From Chiloscyllium plagiosum (lineage: Eukaryota), in assembly GCF_004010195.1 (NCBI RefSeq), contig NC_057718.1:52594254-52658253 (forward strand): a DNA stretch of 64,000 bases, given 5' to 3'. The notes beneath the pieces were generated by a model. The model saw nothing but the letters and a program-made list of their open reading frames with translations, did no database searches and was not told where the DNA came from. The position numbers and the translations under genes were made by a program. Position 1 is the stretch's first letter. Each line of letters begins with the position of its first letter. Positions 39,690 through 51,096 of the stretch are shown here, in pieces.

Positions 39690-39925
39690 TCTTTTGTCCT
39701 CTGCTGTAATGTTTGTCCTTTGTTATCCCCTGTAATGTTGAGCCTTTGTTCTCCTCTGGAGAAAGTGAGGACTGCAGATGCTGGAGATCAGAGCTGAAAA
39801 TGTGTTGCTGGAAAAGCGCAGCAGGTCAGGCAGCATCCAAGGAACAGGAGAATCGATGTTTCGGGCATAAGCCCTTGTTCAGATAAGTTGATCCTTTGTC
39901 CTCCCCTGTAATGTTGCGCCTTTGG
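39690..39925. repeat. Four diverged copies of a ~26-bp unit (tttgtcctcccctgtaatgttgcgcc) flanking a Penelope insert
   Basis: Copies at ~39693, ~39719, ~39745 and ~39895. Confidence 0.75.
39758..39881 (-). mobile_element. Penelope-like family A minimal unit
   Basis: ggagaaagtgaggactgcagatgctgg...tcgggcataagcccttgttcag. Confidence 0.9.
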
Positions 39926-41304
39926 AAGTTGAGAAAACAAGACTTGGTGAGGGAAATGGTTTTTGATTATCCGGATAAATTATCCAATACATCAAAGTTG
40001 ATTTTGCTTGTATTTTTCCAGAATGGTTCTAATCCTGTCTTCAGGAATGACACAAGTGTTTGTTTAGTGGAATTCACACTGAATCCAGAAGATATCGCAG
40101 GGGTACTGCTGATGGAATTTCTCCAGTGCTTTTGTGTGTTGCTAATTCGCAGTCCAGGTCTCACTGTATTAAAGGAGTGTGGTGACAATAAGTAATCTGT
40201 TGACGAACACTTTTGTTGATCTGTGGAGACCTTTGCTGTCAAACATTTGCTGTTATAGTTTGCAGAGGGTCGAATCTTGTCTTGGATCAATGGTGGCCTT
40301 TTGAAAAAGGTGGATGCCAATATAGGGAAGTGCTCAACATAGAGATGAGAGTGGAATATTTGGTTGCAGAACCACATTTGAGGACAAGCCAAGTTCCTTG
40401 AATGAAAAATTTAAGAGAATAAGAGTGCCTTGTAAATCTGGTATAGAATGGTTAATGATATTGAATGATCCACAAAATTTTAGATTCTGTATGTCTATCT
40501 TTATCAGTAGAATTTTGGCATGGAGGCAACTGAGGTAATACTCAAACCAGAGAGTGGGAAACCTTGGATGAATAGAATTGCCAGTGTCCAGTAGACTTAA
40601 ACTGTAAGGTGATGATCACATAACTTTGCTTGAACCCAGTCCAGATTTTGAAAGTGTTTGTTTCATTTCTCAAACTCAAGATGATGAATATCATCCTGAA
40701 TCAATTGCAGGATTGTGATACAGATTTTTTTTAGGACAGCTGAACCTTGAAATTCAATCCAGACAGCCTCACAATTTACTGAATTAAGTGTTTGGTCAGA
40801 TTGATGAATACAATCTAGAGGATATGGATTTGTCTAGAGGTTTAAGACCACTCTGACTCTGGAAGTATTTCCTCTGAAATCCATGAACTTGATGATTCAG
40901 GACAATGCATGCTCAAATTTTCTCTGTAATAGACAATAAGGAAAATAACCACGTTCATTCCCACAGCATTATTTATCTCTCTTCATAAGAGAGTTACAAT
41001 TGTTTTGTCTGTGCATAATTCTGTACATGGATACACATGTGTGGGGAGATCAGAGTGGTGTGTGCTGGAGACATGAGGAGAAATGGTGCTGTTGAAGGTG
41101 TAGATAATTGTCCTCCAAAATCTGTAAGATTAATATATGGAGTCTTGATGTGAGGATCACAATCAACAGGCTTTGTTGTTTTTTTTTACCCATTTGATTG
41201 TTGTTGCATCTTCCATTGAAGGTGGTTAATCCATGGAATATATAACAAGTGTGCTTGGAGACAGTCTGATGAAAAAAATACTTACACTATGGATTCACAG
41301 TTAT

Positions 41305-42338
41305 ACAGTCATAGAGTCATAGAGATGTACAGCATGGAAACAGTCCCTTCGGTCCAACTCGCCCATGCTGACCAGATATCCCAACCCAATGTAGTCTCAC
41401 CTGCAAGCACCTGGCCCGTATCCCTCCAAACCTTTCTCATTCATATACCCATCCAGATGCCTTTTAAATGTTGCAATTGTATTAGCCTCCACCACTTCCT
41501 CTGGTAGCTCATTCCACATGCATACCACCCTCTGGGTGAAAAAGTTGCCCCTTAGGTCTCTTTTAAATCTTTCTCTTCTCACCCTAATCCTATGCCCTCT
41601 AGTTCTGGACTGCCCCACCACAGGGAAAAGAATTTTTCTATTTATCCTATCCATGCCCATCATGATTTTATAAACTTCTATAAGGTCACCCCTCAGCCTC
41701 CGATGTTTGAGGAAAAACAGCTCTAGCCCATTCAACCTCTCTCTATAACTCAAATCCTTCAACCGTGGCAACATCCTTGTAAATCGTTTCTGAACCCTTT
41801 CAAGTTTCATAACATCTTTCCAATAGGGAGATCAGAATTGCACGCAATATTCTAACAGTGCCTAACCAATGTCCTGTACAGCCGCAACGTGACCTCCCAC
41901 TCCTATACTCAATACTTTAACCAATAAAGGAAAGCATACCAAACGTCTTCTTCACTATCCTATCTACCTGCGACTCCACTTTCAAGGAGCTATGAACCTG
42001 CACTCCAAATTCTGTTTGTTCAGTATCCATAAGACCTTACCATTAAATGTATAAGTCCTGCTAAGATTTGCTTTCCCAAAATGCAGCACCTCACATTTAT
42101 CTAAATTAAACTCCATCTGCCACTTCTCAGCCCATTGGCCCATCTGGTCAAGATCCCATTGTAATCTGAGGTAACCTTCTTCATTGTCCACTATACCTTC
42201 AATTTTGGTGTCATCAGCAAACTTACTAACTATACCTCTTATGCTCACATCCAAATCATTTATATAAATGATGAAAAGTAATGGACGCAGCACCGATCCT
42301 TATGGCACTCCATTGGTCACAGGCCTCCAGTCTGAAAA
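41305..42338 (-). mobile_element. HER1-like CR1, 3' 1 kb
   Basis: YINDLD...SKFADDTK...EKWQMEFN; LERVQKRFTRML. Confidence 0.95.
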
Positions 42339-43449
42339 AGTTGACGAGTTCTTCAAAAATGTTCATTCTTGCATTGAATTTAAGAAGGAGTTCCATCCTG
42401 TGAGCAAAGGGAATTTTGTCCATTTGAGTTTGGTCTGTAGATGGTCCTTATGTCTTCAGAAAAGCTTCTATCTTTTGTATTTGTCTCTGGGTCTTAGTTG
42501 CTGGAATGCTGCCAAATAAACTTGTGGCCTTGGATTGTTCTATCGGGTAATGACAGATATTAATTTTGTTCAAGGAGGCTATATAATTCACCATAAGTTT
42601 CATTGAATCAATCCTGCTGAAACCCAATAGCTTGGGCACAAAGAGTTTAATCCAGTTGACATTATTTGATCCCACTGTTCTGGAAATGAATTGCATATGT
42701 GAAGATTTTCCAGGTTGATTGTCACTGCACTTGGAATTCCTTCTTCAGTCAGCCTGCCTTTGTTTTTCTCCTCTTGGACTTTCAAGACTTGCTATGTTTT
42801 GGTGCTAGGTGCATATTCATCTCAGATAACATAAGACATTGTTCCCTATGTGGATTCAGTGATACATACATCACTTAGATCATTGTCCCAAATAATTCAG
42901 GAGATGTCAATGTTTTGATCGACAATGTCTCCATGTGGTTTTTGTATCTCTCCTTCTGGCAGAAGGCAGTGTTTCTCAGAATGAGGTCATGTTAGTCAGC
43001 AGGACGTTGCCATTTGCATTATCTTTTCCCAGCCCATATTTTCGATTAGTTCCACTTCAGGCATTAGATTCACAGCCAACTTTTGCATTAGGGTTCCACA
43101 GGAGAATGATCTTTTTGAATCTCTTTCATTCACATCTTCATCAGAGGCAAGGATCAGGATTTAAGCATGGATGACAGGGGCAAATCAGTTACAGCTGAAC
43201 TGTAACTCAAGTTTCACGACTCTTTCATTGATAGGGTTGTGATGCTATGGCAGTACAATCAAAATCCTATTACTGTTGTCAAAACATATTCTGTGGACAT
43301 GAGTGTCACTGTCAGCCATCTTTTCCATAGCCCTTCCTGTGGAAATATTTCCAAATGGATTCAAAACATTGTTGAAAATTTGGAGTTTCGGTCATTCATG
43401 TGATAGGGTTGTATTTTTGTTTCTGGATGGTAACTCTTAATCCATGAAT

Positions 43450-43604
43450 TGAAGTTGCCGGTGTTGGACTGGGGTGTAAAAAGTTAAAAATCAAACAACA
43501 CCAGGTGACCATGTGACAAACACCTGATGACGGAGCAGCGCTCCGAAAGCTAGTGCTTCCAATTAAACCTGTTGGCATATAACCTGGCATTGTGTGATTT
43601 TTAA
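43450..43604. mobile_element. Penelope-like family B, inverted mini-insertion
   Basis: 14-bp TSD cttaatccatgaat at 43436-43449 and 43605-43618. An antisense tail is joined to a sense hammerhead arm. Confidence 0.9.
43521..43555 (+). ncRNA. Minimal type I hammerhead ribozyme motif, family B
   Basis: CAC-CTGATGA-C-GGAGC-agc-GCTCC-GAAA-GC-TA^GTG. Core complete; stem I CAC/GTG; palindromic stem III AGCT. Confidence 0.8.
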
Positions 43605-44227
43605 CTTAATCCATGAATATCCTAACATTTCAAATTACAACAATCAAAGCTTTCTTCTTTGACCACAATGATGGTGATCCCACATGGTGCTATTCTCTAG
43701 CTAGGGAAAAGTGGAATACTTATTTTTAGGAATTTTTCTATTCACCATTTGAGATGAGCAGAAAACATCCTGAAGAGAGCAACTTAATCATTGATGCTGC
43801 TGCCCAAAAGTACTGCTGTCCCAACCCAGGTGTCCAATAACCATTGTAAGCCTGTCGCCTGTGCGCAAATTCTTGATCATTGACCTGTGCATGGTGGCAA
43901 TTCTCCATTGTCACAGGACTTGGCCAATGTATCCTTGCATTCATGTGACTTTAACATAGAGACTTAGGCCACCATCATTGTTCACACAATCGTGATGAGT
44001 TGGTGGTCACGTTTTAGTGCTATGTTGAACCGTAATATTTGGAACCACCTTGCTTTCTCCCATCTGGTGAGATGTGCTATTTTCTGTAACCTCTTTACCA
44101 TTGATAACTTGTTGATTGCACTTTATCCAGGATCTCCCCTTAAACTTGCCATCTTGAGTAGCCTTCAAAAGTGAGGAGGAATGAGTGGGAGCAAGGAGCT
44201 TCGAGCAGCATCGCTCAATGACTCAGT

Positions 44228-45330
44228 AACTACAGGCCTGTCAGTTTAACCCGGATGGTGGGAAAGCTTTTAGGAATAATAAGTCACAACAAAATTAAGT
44301 TGAAACTCAAGTATAAATGTAGACTAATTAAGGAAAGCCAGCACAATCTATTGTTTTTGACGGACTTGTTTGAGTTTTTAGGGAGTTAGTGGAAAAGATT
44401 GATGAAGCTAATGCAGTTGATAAAGTATGCATGAATTCCCATAGGCATTTTGTAGGTATCACAAAACAAGTTAGTCAAAATTAGAGCCATTGGAAGAAAA
44501 AGGACAGGGTAACAAGAACTTAAAACCGGCTGAACGACAATGAACAGAGAGCATTAGTGGATGCTTATTTTTTTGGAATGGGGCAAGTAAGATAGTGGAC
44601 TTCTCCAGGTCTCCATTTTAAGATCCCAGCTTTCCCTGATATATATTAATGACACAGACCTGAGTGTACAGGGCATGATTTTAAAATTTACAATTTTGAA
44701 CTGAGTGATAAACTTCAAAAGAAACTTACCAGGCTGGTGGAATGGACAGAGGTGTAGCAGATGAAACTCAATGCAGTGAATTATGAAGCAATTTATTTGA
44801 GCAGAAACATTGAGAAAATTGAATATAAAATTTAAGAGTACAAGTCTAAAGAGGATACTTGAGTTAAGGGTCTTGGAGGTGCATGTGTATATCTCATTGA
44901 AGCGCAGAAGGAGAAACCAATAGTGTTACTGAAAAGTGAACATACTGGACAGTTATGTAAATAAATTGGCAAAGTCGAGGCTGTTTTCCTGATGAAGAAA
45001 AGATGAAAAGTAGATATAATCAAAATATCCAGAACAATGCGGCCTGGCAGAATAGACAGGGAGAAATTGTTTCCATTGCTGAAGAGATCGAGAACCACAG
45101 GATACAAATTTGAGTTGAATGACAAAAGGAGCAAAGGCAATATGAGGAAATACATTTCATGCAACATGTGGTTTGAATTGCCTGAAAGTGTGGTGGAAGC
45201 AGATTCAATTGCAACTTTCAGAATAGAATTGGATAATTAACTGAACAAAATAATAATGCAGAATATAGGGAAAAGGGGAGTGGGACCAATTATGTTCCAG
45301 TTGCAGAGAGCTGGCAGAGGCTTCCTGCTA
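44228..45330 (+). mobile_element. Degenerate CR1 RT-to-3' region
   Basis: NYRPVSLT..VGK, IYIND, IDREKLFPL. Confidence 0.8.
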
Positions 45331-45547
45331 TACCCTTCAAATACTGCATGAAAAAGCATGAGGATTAGCTTTATCTTTGTTGCTCAAGTAAAAATATTAT
45401 TTGATGTATGGTACCTGACATTGCCATTGCTCCAAATAAAGTATGCATCTTTAGTTATTGGTTCATGTCAGATTTTCCTAGATCCTACACTAAGGAGGCA
45501 CAAAAATCTTTCGAGATTATTTAAATACAGAACCCTTTAGAACAGAG

Positions 45548-45875
45548 CTGGCATGGTAGCTCAGTGGATAGCACTGCTGCCTCACAGCACCAGGCTTTGA
45601 TTCCACCCTTGGGCAACTGTCTGTGTCAGGTTTGCACATTCTCCATGTGTCTCTGTGGAGTTCCCCTGGGTGCTCTGGTTTCCTCCCACAGCCCAAAGAT
45701 GTGCAGATTAGGTGGATTGGCCAGGCTAAATTCCCCATAGTGTCCAGGGATATGCAGGTTAGGTGATTAGCCATGGGAAATGCAGTGTTGGAGGGATAGG
45801 GTAGGGGGATGGGAAGCTCTTTGGAGGGTCACTGTGGACTTGATGGGTCACATAGTCTGCCTCTACACTGTAGGA
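45548..45875 (+). mobile_element. HE1-type V-SINE; tail resumes at ~47113
   Basis: Head and V-domain similar to the other copies. Confidence 0.88.
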
Positions 45876-45972
45876 GGAGAAAGTGAGGTCTGCAGATGCT
45901 GGAGATCAGAGCTGGAAATGTGTTGCTGGAAAAGCGCAGCAGGTCAGGCAGCATCCAGGGAACAGGAGAATC

Positions 45973-46000
45973 GACGTTTCGGGCATAAGCCCTTCTTCAG
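45973..46000 (-). ncRNA. Minimal hammerhead motif, family A
   Basis: Reverse complement reads CTGAAGA-A-GGGC-ttat-GCCC-GAAA-CG-TC. Confidence 0.7.
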
Positions 46001-46121
46001 GAATGAGGAAAGTTTGTCCAGCAGGCTAAGATAAAAGGTAGGGAGGAGGGACTTGGGGGAGGGGCGTCGGAAATGTGATAGGTAGAAAGAGGTCAAGGTG
46101 AGGGTGATAGGTCAGACTGGG

Positions 46122-46862
46122 NNNNNNNNNNNNNNNNNNNNNNNNNNNNNNNNNNNNNNNNNNNNNNNNNNNNNNNNNNNNNNNNNNNNNNNNNNNNNNN
46201 NNNNNNNNNNNNNNNNNNNNNNNNNNNNNNNNNNNNNNNNNNNNNNNNNNNNNNNNNNNNNNNNNNNNNNNNNNNNNNNNNNNNNNNNNNNNNNNNNNNN
46301 NNNNNNNNNNNNNNNNNNNNNNNNNNNNNNNNNNNNNNNNNNNNNNNNNNNNNNNNNNNNNNNNNNNNNNNNNNNNNNNNNNNNNNNNNNNNNNNNNNNN
46401 NNNNNNNNNNNNNNNNNNNNNNNNNNNNNNNNNNNNNNNNNNNNNNNNNNNNNNNNNNNNNNNNNNNNNNNNNNNNNNNNNNNNNNNNNNNNNNNNNNNN
46501 NNNNNNNNNNNNNNNNNNNNNNNNNNNNNNNNNNNNNNNNNNNNNNNNNNNNNNNNNNNNNNNNNNNNNNNNNNNNNNNNNNNNNNNNNNNNNNNNNNNN
46601 NNNNNNNNNNNNNNNNNNNNNNNNNNNNNNNNNNNNNNNNNNNNNNNNNNNNNNNNNNNNNNNNNNNNNNNNNNNNNNNNNNNNNNNNNNNNNNNNNNNN
46701 NNNNNNNNNNNNNNNNNNNNNNNNNNNNNNNNNNNNNNNNNNNNNNNNNNNNNNNNNNNNNNNNNNNNNNNNNNNNNNNNNNNNNNNNNNNNNNNNNNNN
46801 NNNNNNNNNNNNNNNNNNNNNNNNNNNNNNNNNNNNNNNNNNNNNNNNNNNNNNNNNNNNNN
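46122..46862. other. Assembly gap
   Basis: Run of N. Confidence 1.
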
Positions 46863-47008
46863 CCCACTGGTCCTCACCTACCACCCCACCAGTCTCCATG
46901 TACAGCGCATCATCCGCCGTCATTTCCGCTACCTCCAAACGACGCCCCTCCCCCAAGTCCCTCCTCCCTACCTTTTATCTTAGCCTGCTGGACAAACTTT
47001 CCTCATTC

Positions 47009-47036
47009 CTGAAGAAGGGCTTATGCCCGAAACGTC
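47009..47036 (+). ncRNA. Minimal hammerhead motif, family A
   Basis: CTGAAGA-A-GGGC-ttat-GCCC-GAAA-CG-TC; core intact. Confidence 0.7.
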
Positions 47037-48829
47037 GATTCTCCTGTTCCCTGGATGCTGCCTGACCTGCTGCGCTTTTCCAGCAACACATTTCCAGCTC
47101 TACACTGTAGGAATCTTATAATGATTCCGAAGAACCACTTGTTGCTGGTCTTTAGGATATGCTGTGTTTGCAAACTAAGCAGACATTTCAGGGTGGTCTT
47201 TAATTGTGGTCTCGTAAGGGAAACTTACAATGGATCCTACTCCAGACATGAAAAGTCCTCCTTCAATCCTCTTCCTACCACTGACAGCCCCCACCTCCAA
47301 TGAGTATCCTTATCTTATCTCCACTTGAAATCATTCCCATGGAAACTTCTGTTACCACACACTCCTCTCTAAAGCTATTAGTATGCTGTCATCATTAGTA
47401 TACTGCTGTCACACTCACGATCAATCATCATTGCTCCCCACCCCAACTCCCCCTTCTATTCTTAGCAAGCCATGGCTTACAGAATATTTCTGATAATCAG
47501 TGAATGGACCTTTTGTGATTTTGCTCATGGGAAATCAGACAGCTTATTTTATTTGGCTTGTTCTATCATGAAATGGAACTGCCTTATTATTGCTCAGTAA
47601 CTAATTTGTTGGAGCACAATACTGCAGTAATAATTGCTCCAATTTTCACCCTTGAGCAAAACGTTGACTAAAATGGCATTTTATGACATATTTGAATATA
47701 TGTAAACTCCTAGGATCTGAGTCTCTTGAATTATGTAAGAATGTTCAATTGACTAATGTAATAGTTTTGTCAGAAGCATTTAGTCCAGATTTAATTTTAA
47801 AAATATGTTGGTCAAGTCGAGTACCTACCAACTGCACAGTCAACCTTTACAGTAATTATATGAAAACCTTTCAATATTTTTTCGGCTGGGAAAAAAAGAA
47901 TTTTTGAAAGGTATTTACTGATTAAACTTAAAGAACTAATGACAAGTAAATTGGAAAACATGACTGGTCCTGTGGAAAAGGTGCATTACTTGCTGTCACC
48001 CTCTGCAACGCTCACTTTAAACTCCTTGCTGTTTGTGTATCCTCTTTGTTTGCATTTAATTGTGCAGGTTGTGAGTTGGAGGTGGGGGCCAGTGAAGTGG
48101 GAGGTGACACGCTGGACTGGAACTGCAATGGTATGATGTTCGTTCTAGATTCTACTCTCAACAGCCAACCTCCAAGCACACTGCCACATGATGCAGGTAA
48201 CTCAGCCTCACTGACAAGAGAGTTTAGACTCATTTACAGGCTGTTGGTTGTGATTTAGTGCAGAGTTTGAATTTGAATGAGTGGCACAAGGGGACAATCA
48301 GCTATGAAATCCCTGACCACTTAAAGCCGGCATCATTGAGCTAAGGGTTCAGGTTCACCTACAAAAAAGTCAGCCATCATATCATTACCTGTATTCATTT
48401 ATAACATTAGGTTAAAGAGATAGAGGAGGCAATTATTGTAGGATCTGACCTCAAGGAAGGCATCAGTAGTTTGCTCTTGTACTCATAGAAGCACTGGAAG
48501 CAGTGTGGTCTGTTAGGAGGGGAAGCAGAGAAGCATTGCAGCTGGATCTAAAGGAAGTGACAAAGCTAGGCTGACTCCAGAAGGCAGTGCATGAGAAAAG
48601 AACAAACAATTCACCATGGACCTCATGAATTAAGTCTTCCAGGAGCTCCATGTGAGGTAAAACTGGGATAAAAAGAGGGAAGACCAGATTCTGGAGGCAC
48701 TATTGCAGCTACAGTTGGAGCAGTAAGAGGGCCAGCCTCTGGTTGGCCAAGCCACAGAATGGAGAATATCGGACCAACAATAAGGGGTCACACCAAGTAC
48801 AACCCAAATGTTGCCAACAGCCTGTGTTT

Positions 48830-49960
48830 GTCAGTCAGTTTCAATGAAGACTGCTGGTCTCTCTGGAGACCATTACTGCTGTATGTGCCATGCTGGAAGA
48901 TAAACTATCAGTGCTGGATCTGGTAAAGACCCAAGGCCTGTGGCTTTTCAGACAAAGGTTGCACAGCATTTTTACACATTCAATACTTTCCAGGGATCCA
49001 CTGAAGTGAATAGAATAGGTCTCTTTCCGAGGGTAGGGGAGTTCCAAACTGGACAGCATAGGTTTAAGGTGACAGCGGAAAGATTTAAAAGGCATCCAAG
49101 GCCTAACCTTTTCATGCAGAGGATAATATGTGTATGGAACGAGCTGCCAGAGGTGGTGGTGGTGGTGGTGGATGCTGATACAATTACAACATTTAAAAGG
49201 CTTCTGGATGGGTACTTGAATATGAAGGATTTAGAAGGATATGGGCCAAAAGTGGCAAAATTAGATCAATTTCAGATATCTGGTCAGAGGGGACAGGTTG
49301 GACTGCAAGGTCTGTTTCTGTGCTGTATGACTGCATGAAGATATTTGAGGAGGTTTCCAGGCAGCAGTTTATTGTCATATCAAAGAAGAGACTAAAGCCT
49401 CATGAAAGTGGGCTAATGACAATGTGTACTACTGGAGTGAGAGTGGAGTGAGAGGTCCACCAGTTTTGGGGGCATCATTGAATGTGTCATCAGTAACACA
49501 CACGTGACTATCTCAGCATCCAGGAATCGTCGAAAACATGAACAGGTTCTACCCCATTAAATATAAATGGTCTGGAACCACCAAAAGCAGATCCTGCAGG
49601 TGTATGCCCAATTCTCTTGGAGAAGTTAGAGTACCCACACACATCAACAGTTTCAAGTGCCACAGAGGTTCTCCTGTGCATTACCAGCAATCGATCCATA
49701 GGGGTTACCCACTGAAGACGTAGATCTTAACACTAGTGAGGAGCCCTCACACTGCAGCTAAGGATAGAAAAAAGTTACAAAGACTACCAGGGGTTCATCT
49801 GAATGACCAATGAGCAGGTGGCTGGCATCCCAAAGTGGAGAGACAGTTACCGAGATCTATCTCATGCAATCCAGTGAAGATCATTTATCATCATAGTGTG
49901 TGGTAGTAAACACAACTTAGCACTCCAGAAGGGCAGGCCTTGCATCAGGAGGACATTGAC
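48830..49960 (+). pseudogene. Harbinger (HARBI1-like) DDE transposase relic
   Basis: Ordered motifs PVA..KV...FY.FNTFQGST, [CR1 insert], QAAVYCHIKE, THVTISA, KQILQVYAQF, GYPLKT, EQVAGI.K.R, HNLALQKG. Confidence 0.8.
49007..49335 (+). mobile_element. CR1 3' fragment inside the transposase
   Basis: LFPRVGE...VWNELPE. TGAAG is duplicated at 49002-49006 and 49336-49340. Confidence 0.9.
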
Positions 49961-50291
49961 AAGAGTCAATCTTCATCTGATGAGGATTAATGGAGGCAGC
50001 TGAGTAGGTATTGGACAATAAACCTCTTGGACTGGTGGAAAGGGCCATTGAGAGGTGCAGAAAGAAGGCCCATGATTATCTCACTACCTTCAAAACCTGG
50101 GCCGTTCAAAGTCATTCTTACTTGGGTTGATATTCCCGCTATCATATTGTCGAATGGCCAGCTTCAACAGCACAATGATATACCCAAGGAGATGACCAAA
50201 TGTGGCTAGCCACTAGATCAACGTGGCATTCATGCTAGTGACATCTGACAGGTCAGCAACAAAAATTTCACAGATTATCTACTTCAGTAAC

Positions 50292-50705
50292 TGTTTTCCC
50301 TGGAACGTCGAAGACTGAGGGCTGACCTTATGGAGGTTTATAAAATCATGTGGGGCATGGATAGGGTAAATAGACAAGGTATTTTCCCTGGGATGAGGGA
50401 GTTCAGAACGAGAGGGCTTGGGTTTTGGGTGAGAGGGGAAAAATTTAAAAGAGATCTAAGGGGCAACATTTTCATGCAGACGGTGGTGCATGTATGGAAT
50501 GAGCTGCCAAAGGAAGTGGTGGAGGCTGGTCCAACTACAACATTTAAGAGGCATCTGGATGGGTATATGATTATGAAGGGTTCACGGATATGGACCAAGT
50601 GCTGACAAATGGGACTAATTTAGGTTAGGATACCTGGTTGGCATGGATGGGTTGGACCAAAGGGTTCGTTTCTGTGCTGTGCATCTCGATGACTGTATGA
50701 TTCTA
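50292..50705 (+). mobile_element. HER1-like CR1 3' fragment
   Basis: EVYKIM.GMDRVNRQ.IFPG...VWNELP.EVVEAG. Confidence 0.92.
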
Positions 50706-51096
50706 CGACATTCCCTCATCCAGATTATATGAGCAATTCATAAATATTCATAAATCACTGGTGTAAGTAGAAGCTCATGCAAAACACCTCTGAGTGGTTC
50801 TATAGGATGCTACTTGCAATTGGAATGAAGGCAGACCAAGCTGCCCCCTGACTTGAAATAATTTTCGTGGCAGTCCTCTGGCTGCAGAACACCTGCTTTG
50901 TTGTATGAAAGCACCAGGATCATTTGCAGAAGAGCCACTTTCTACAGTTGTGGATCAGACCTATCAAGGAGATAACCTACATCCTAACTTACCTTACTTA
51001 AAAGACAAGCGTAATGCACGACAATCAAGATGTGATTTGATTGGTCAAACTACTAGGCTTTAGGCAAAACACACCTTTTTTCTTACACCACAGTTC

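Larger units (their letters stand above)
39635..44150 (-). mobile_element. Decayed RTE-clade LINE, interrupted by one CR1 and two Penelope inserts
   Basis: Minus strand reads SETWT..KALEKFHQQ and GQKKFDKDILQLSLK (RTE C-terminus). Weak APE-like residues near 43650-43900. Confidence 0.7.
45876..47097. mobile_element. Penelope-like family A inverted insertion spanning the gap
   Basis: 15-bp TSD ctctacactgtagga at 45861-45875 and 47098-47112. Coding relic PLVLTYHPTSLHVQRIIRRHFRYLQ. Confidence 0.9.

Noticed and set aside
39690..39925. CRISPR-like array
   Set aside because: Repeats are adjacent without unique spacers, the context is eukaryotic, and no cas genes are present.
46026..47012. Long ORFs of 251-304 aa
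   Set aside because: Artefacts of reading through the N gap.
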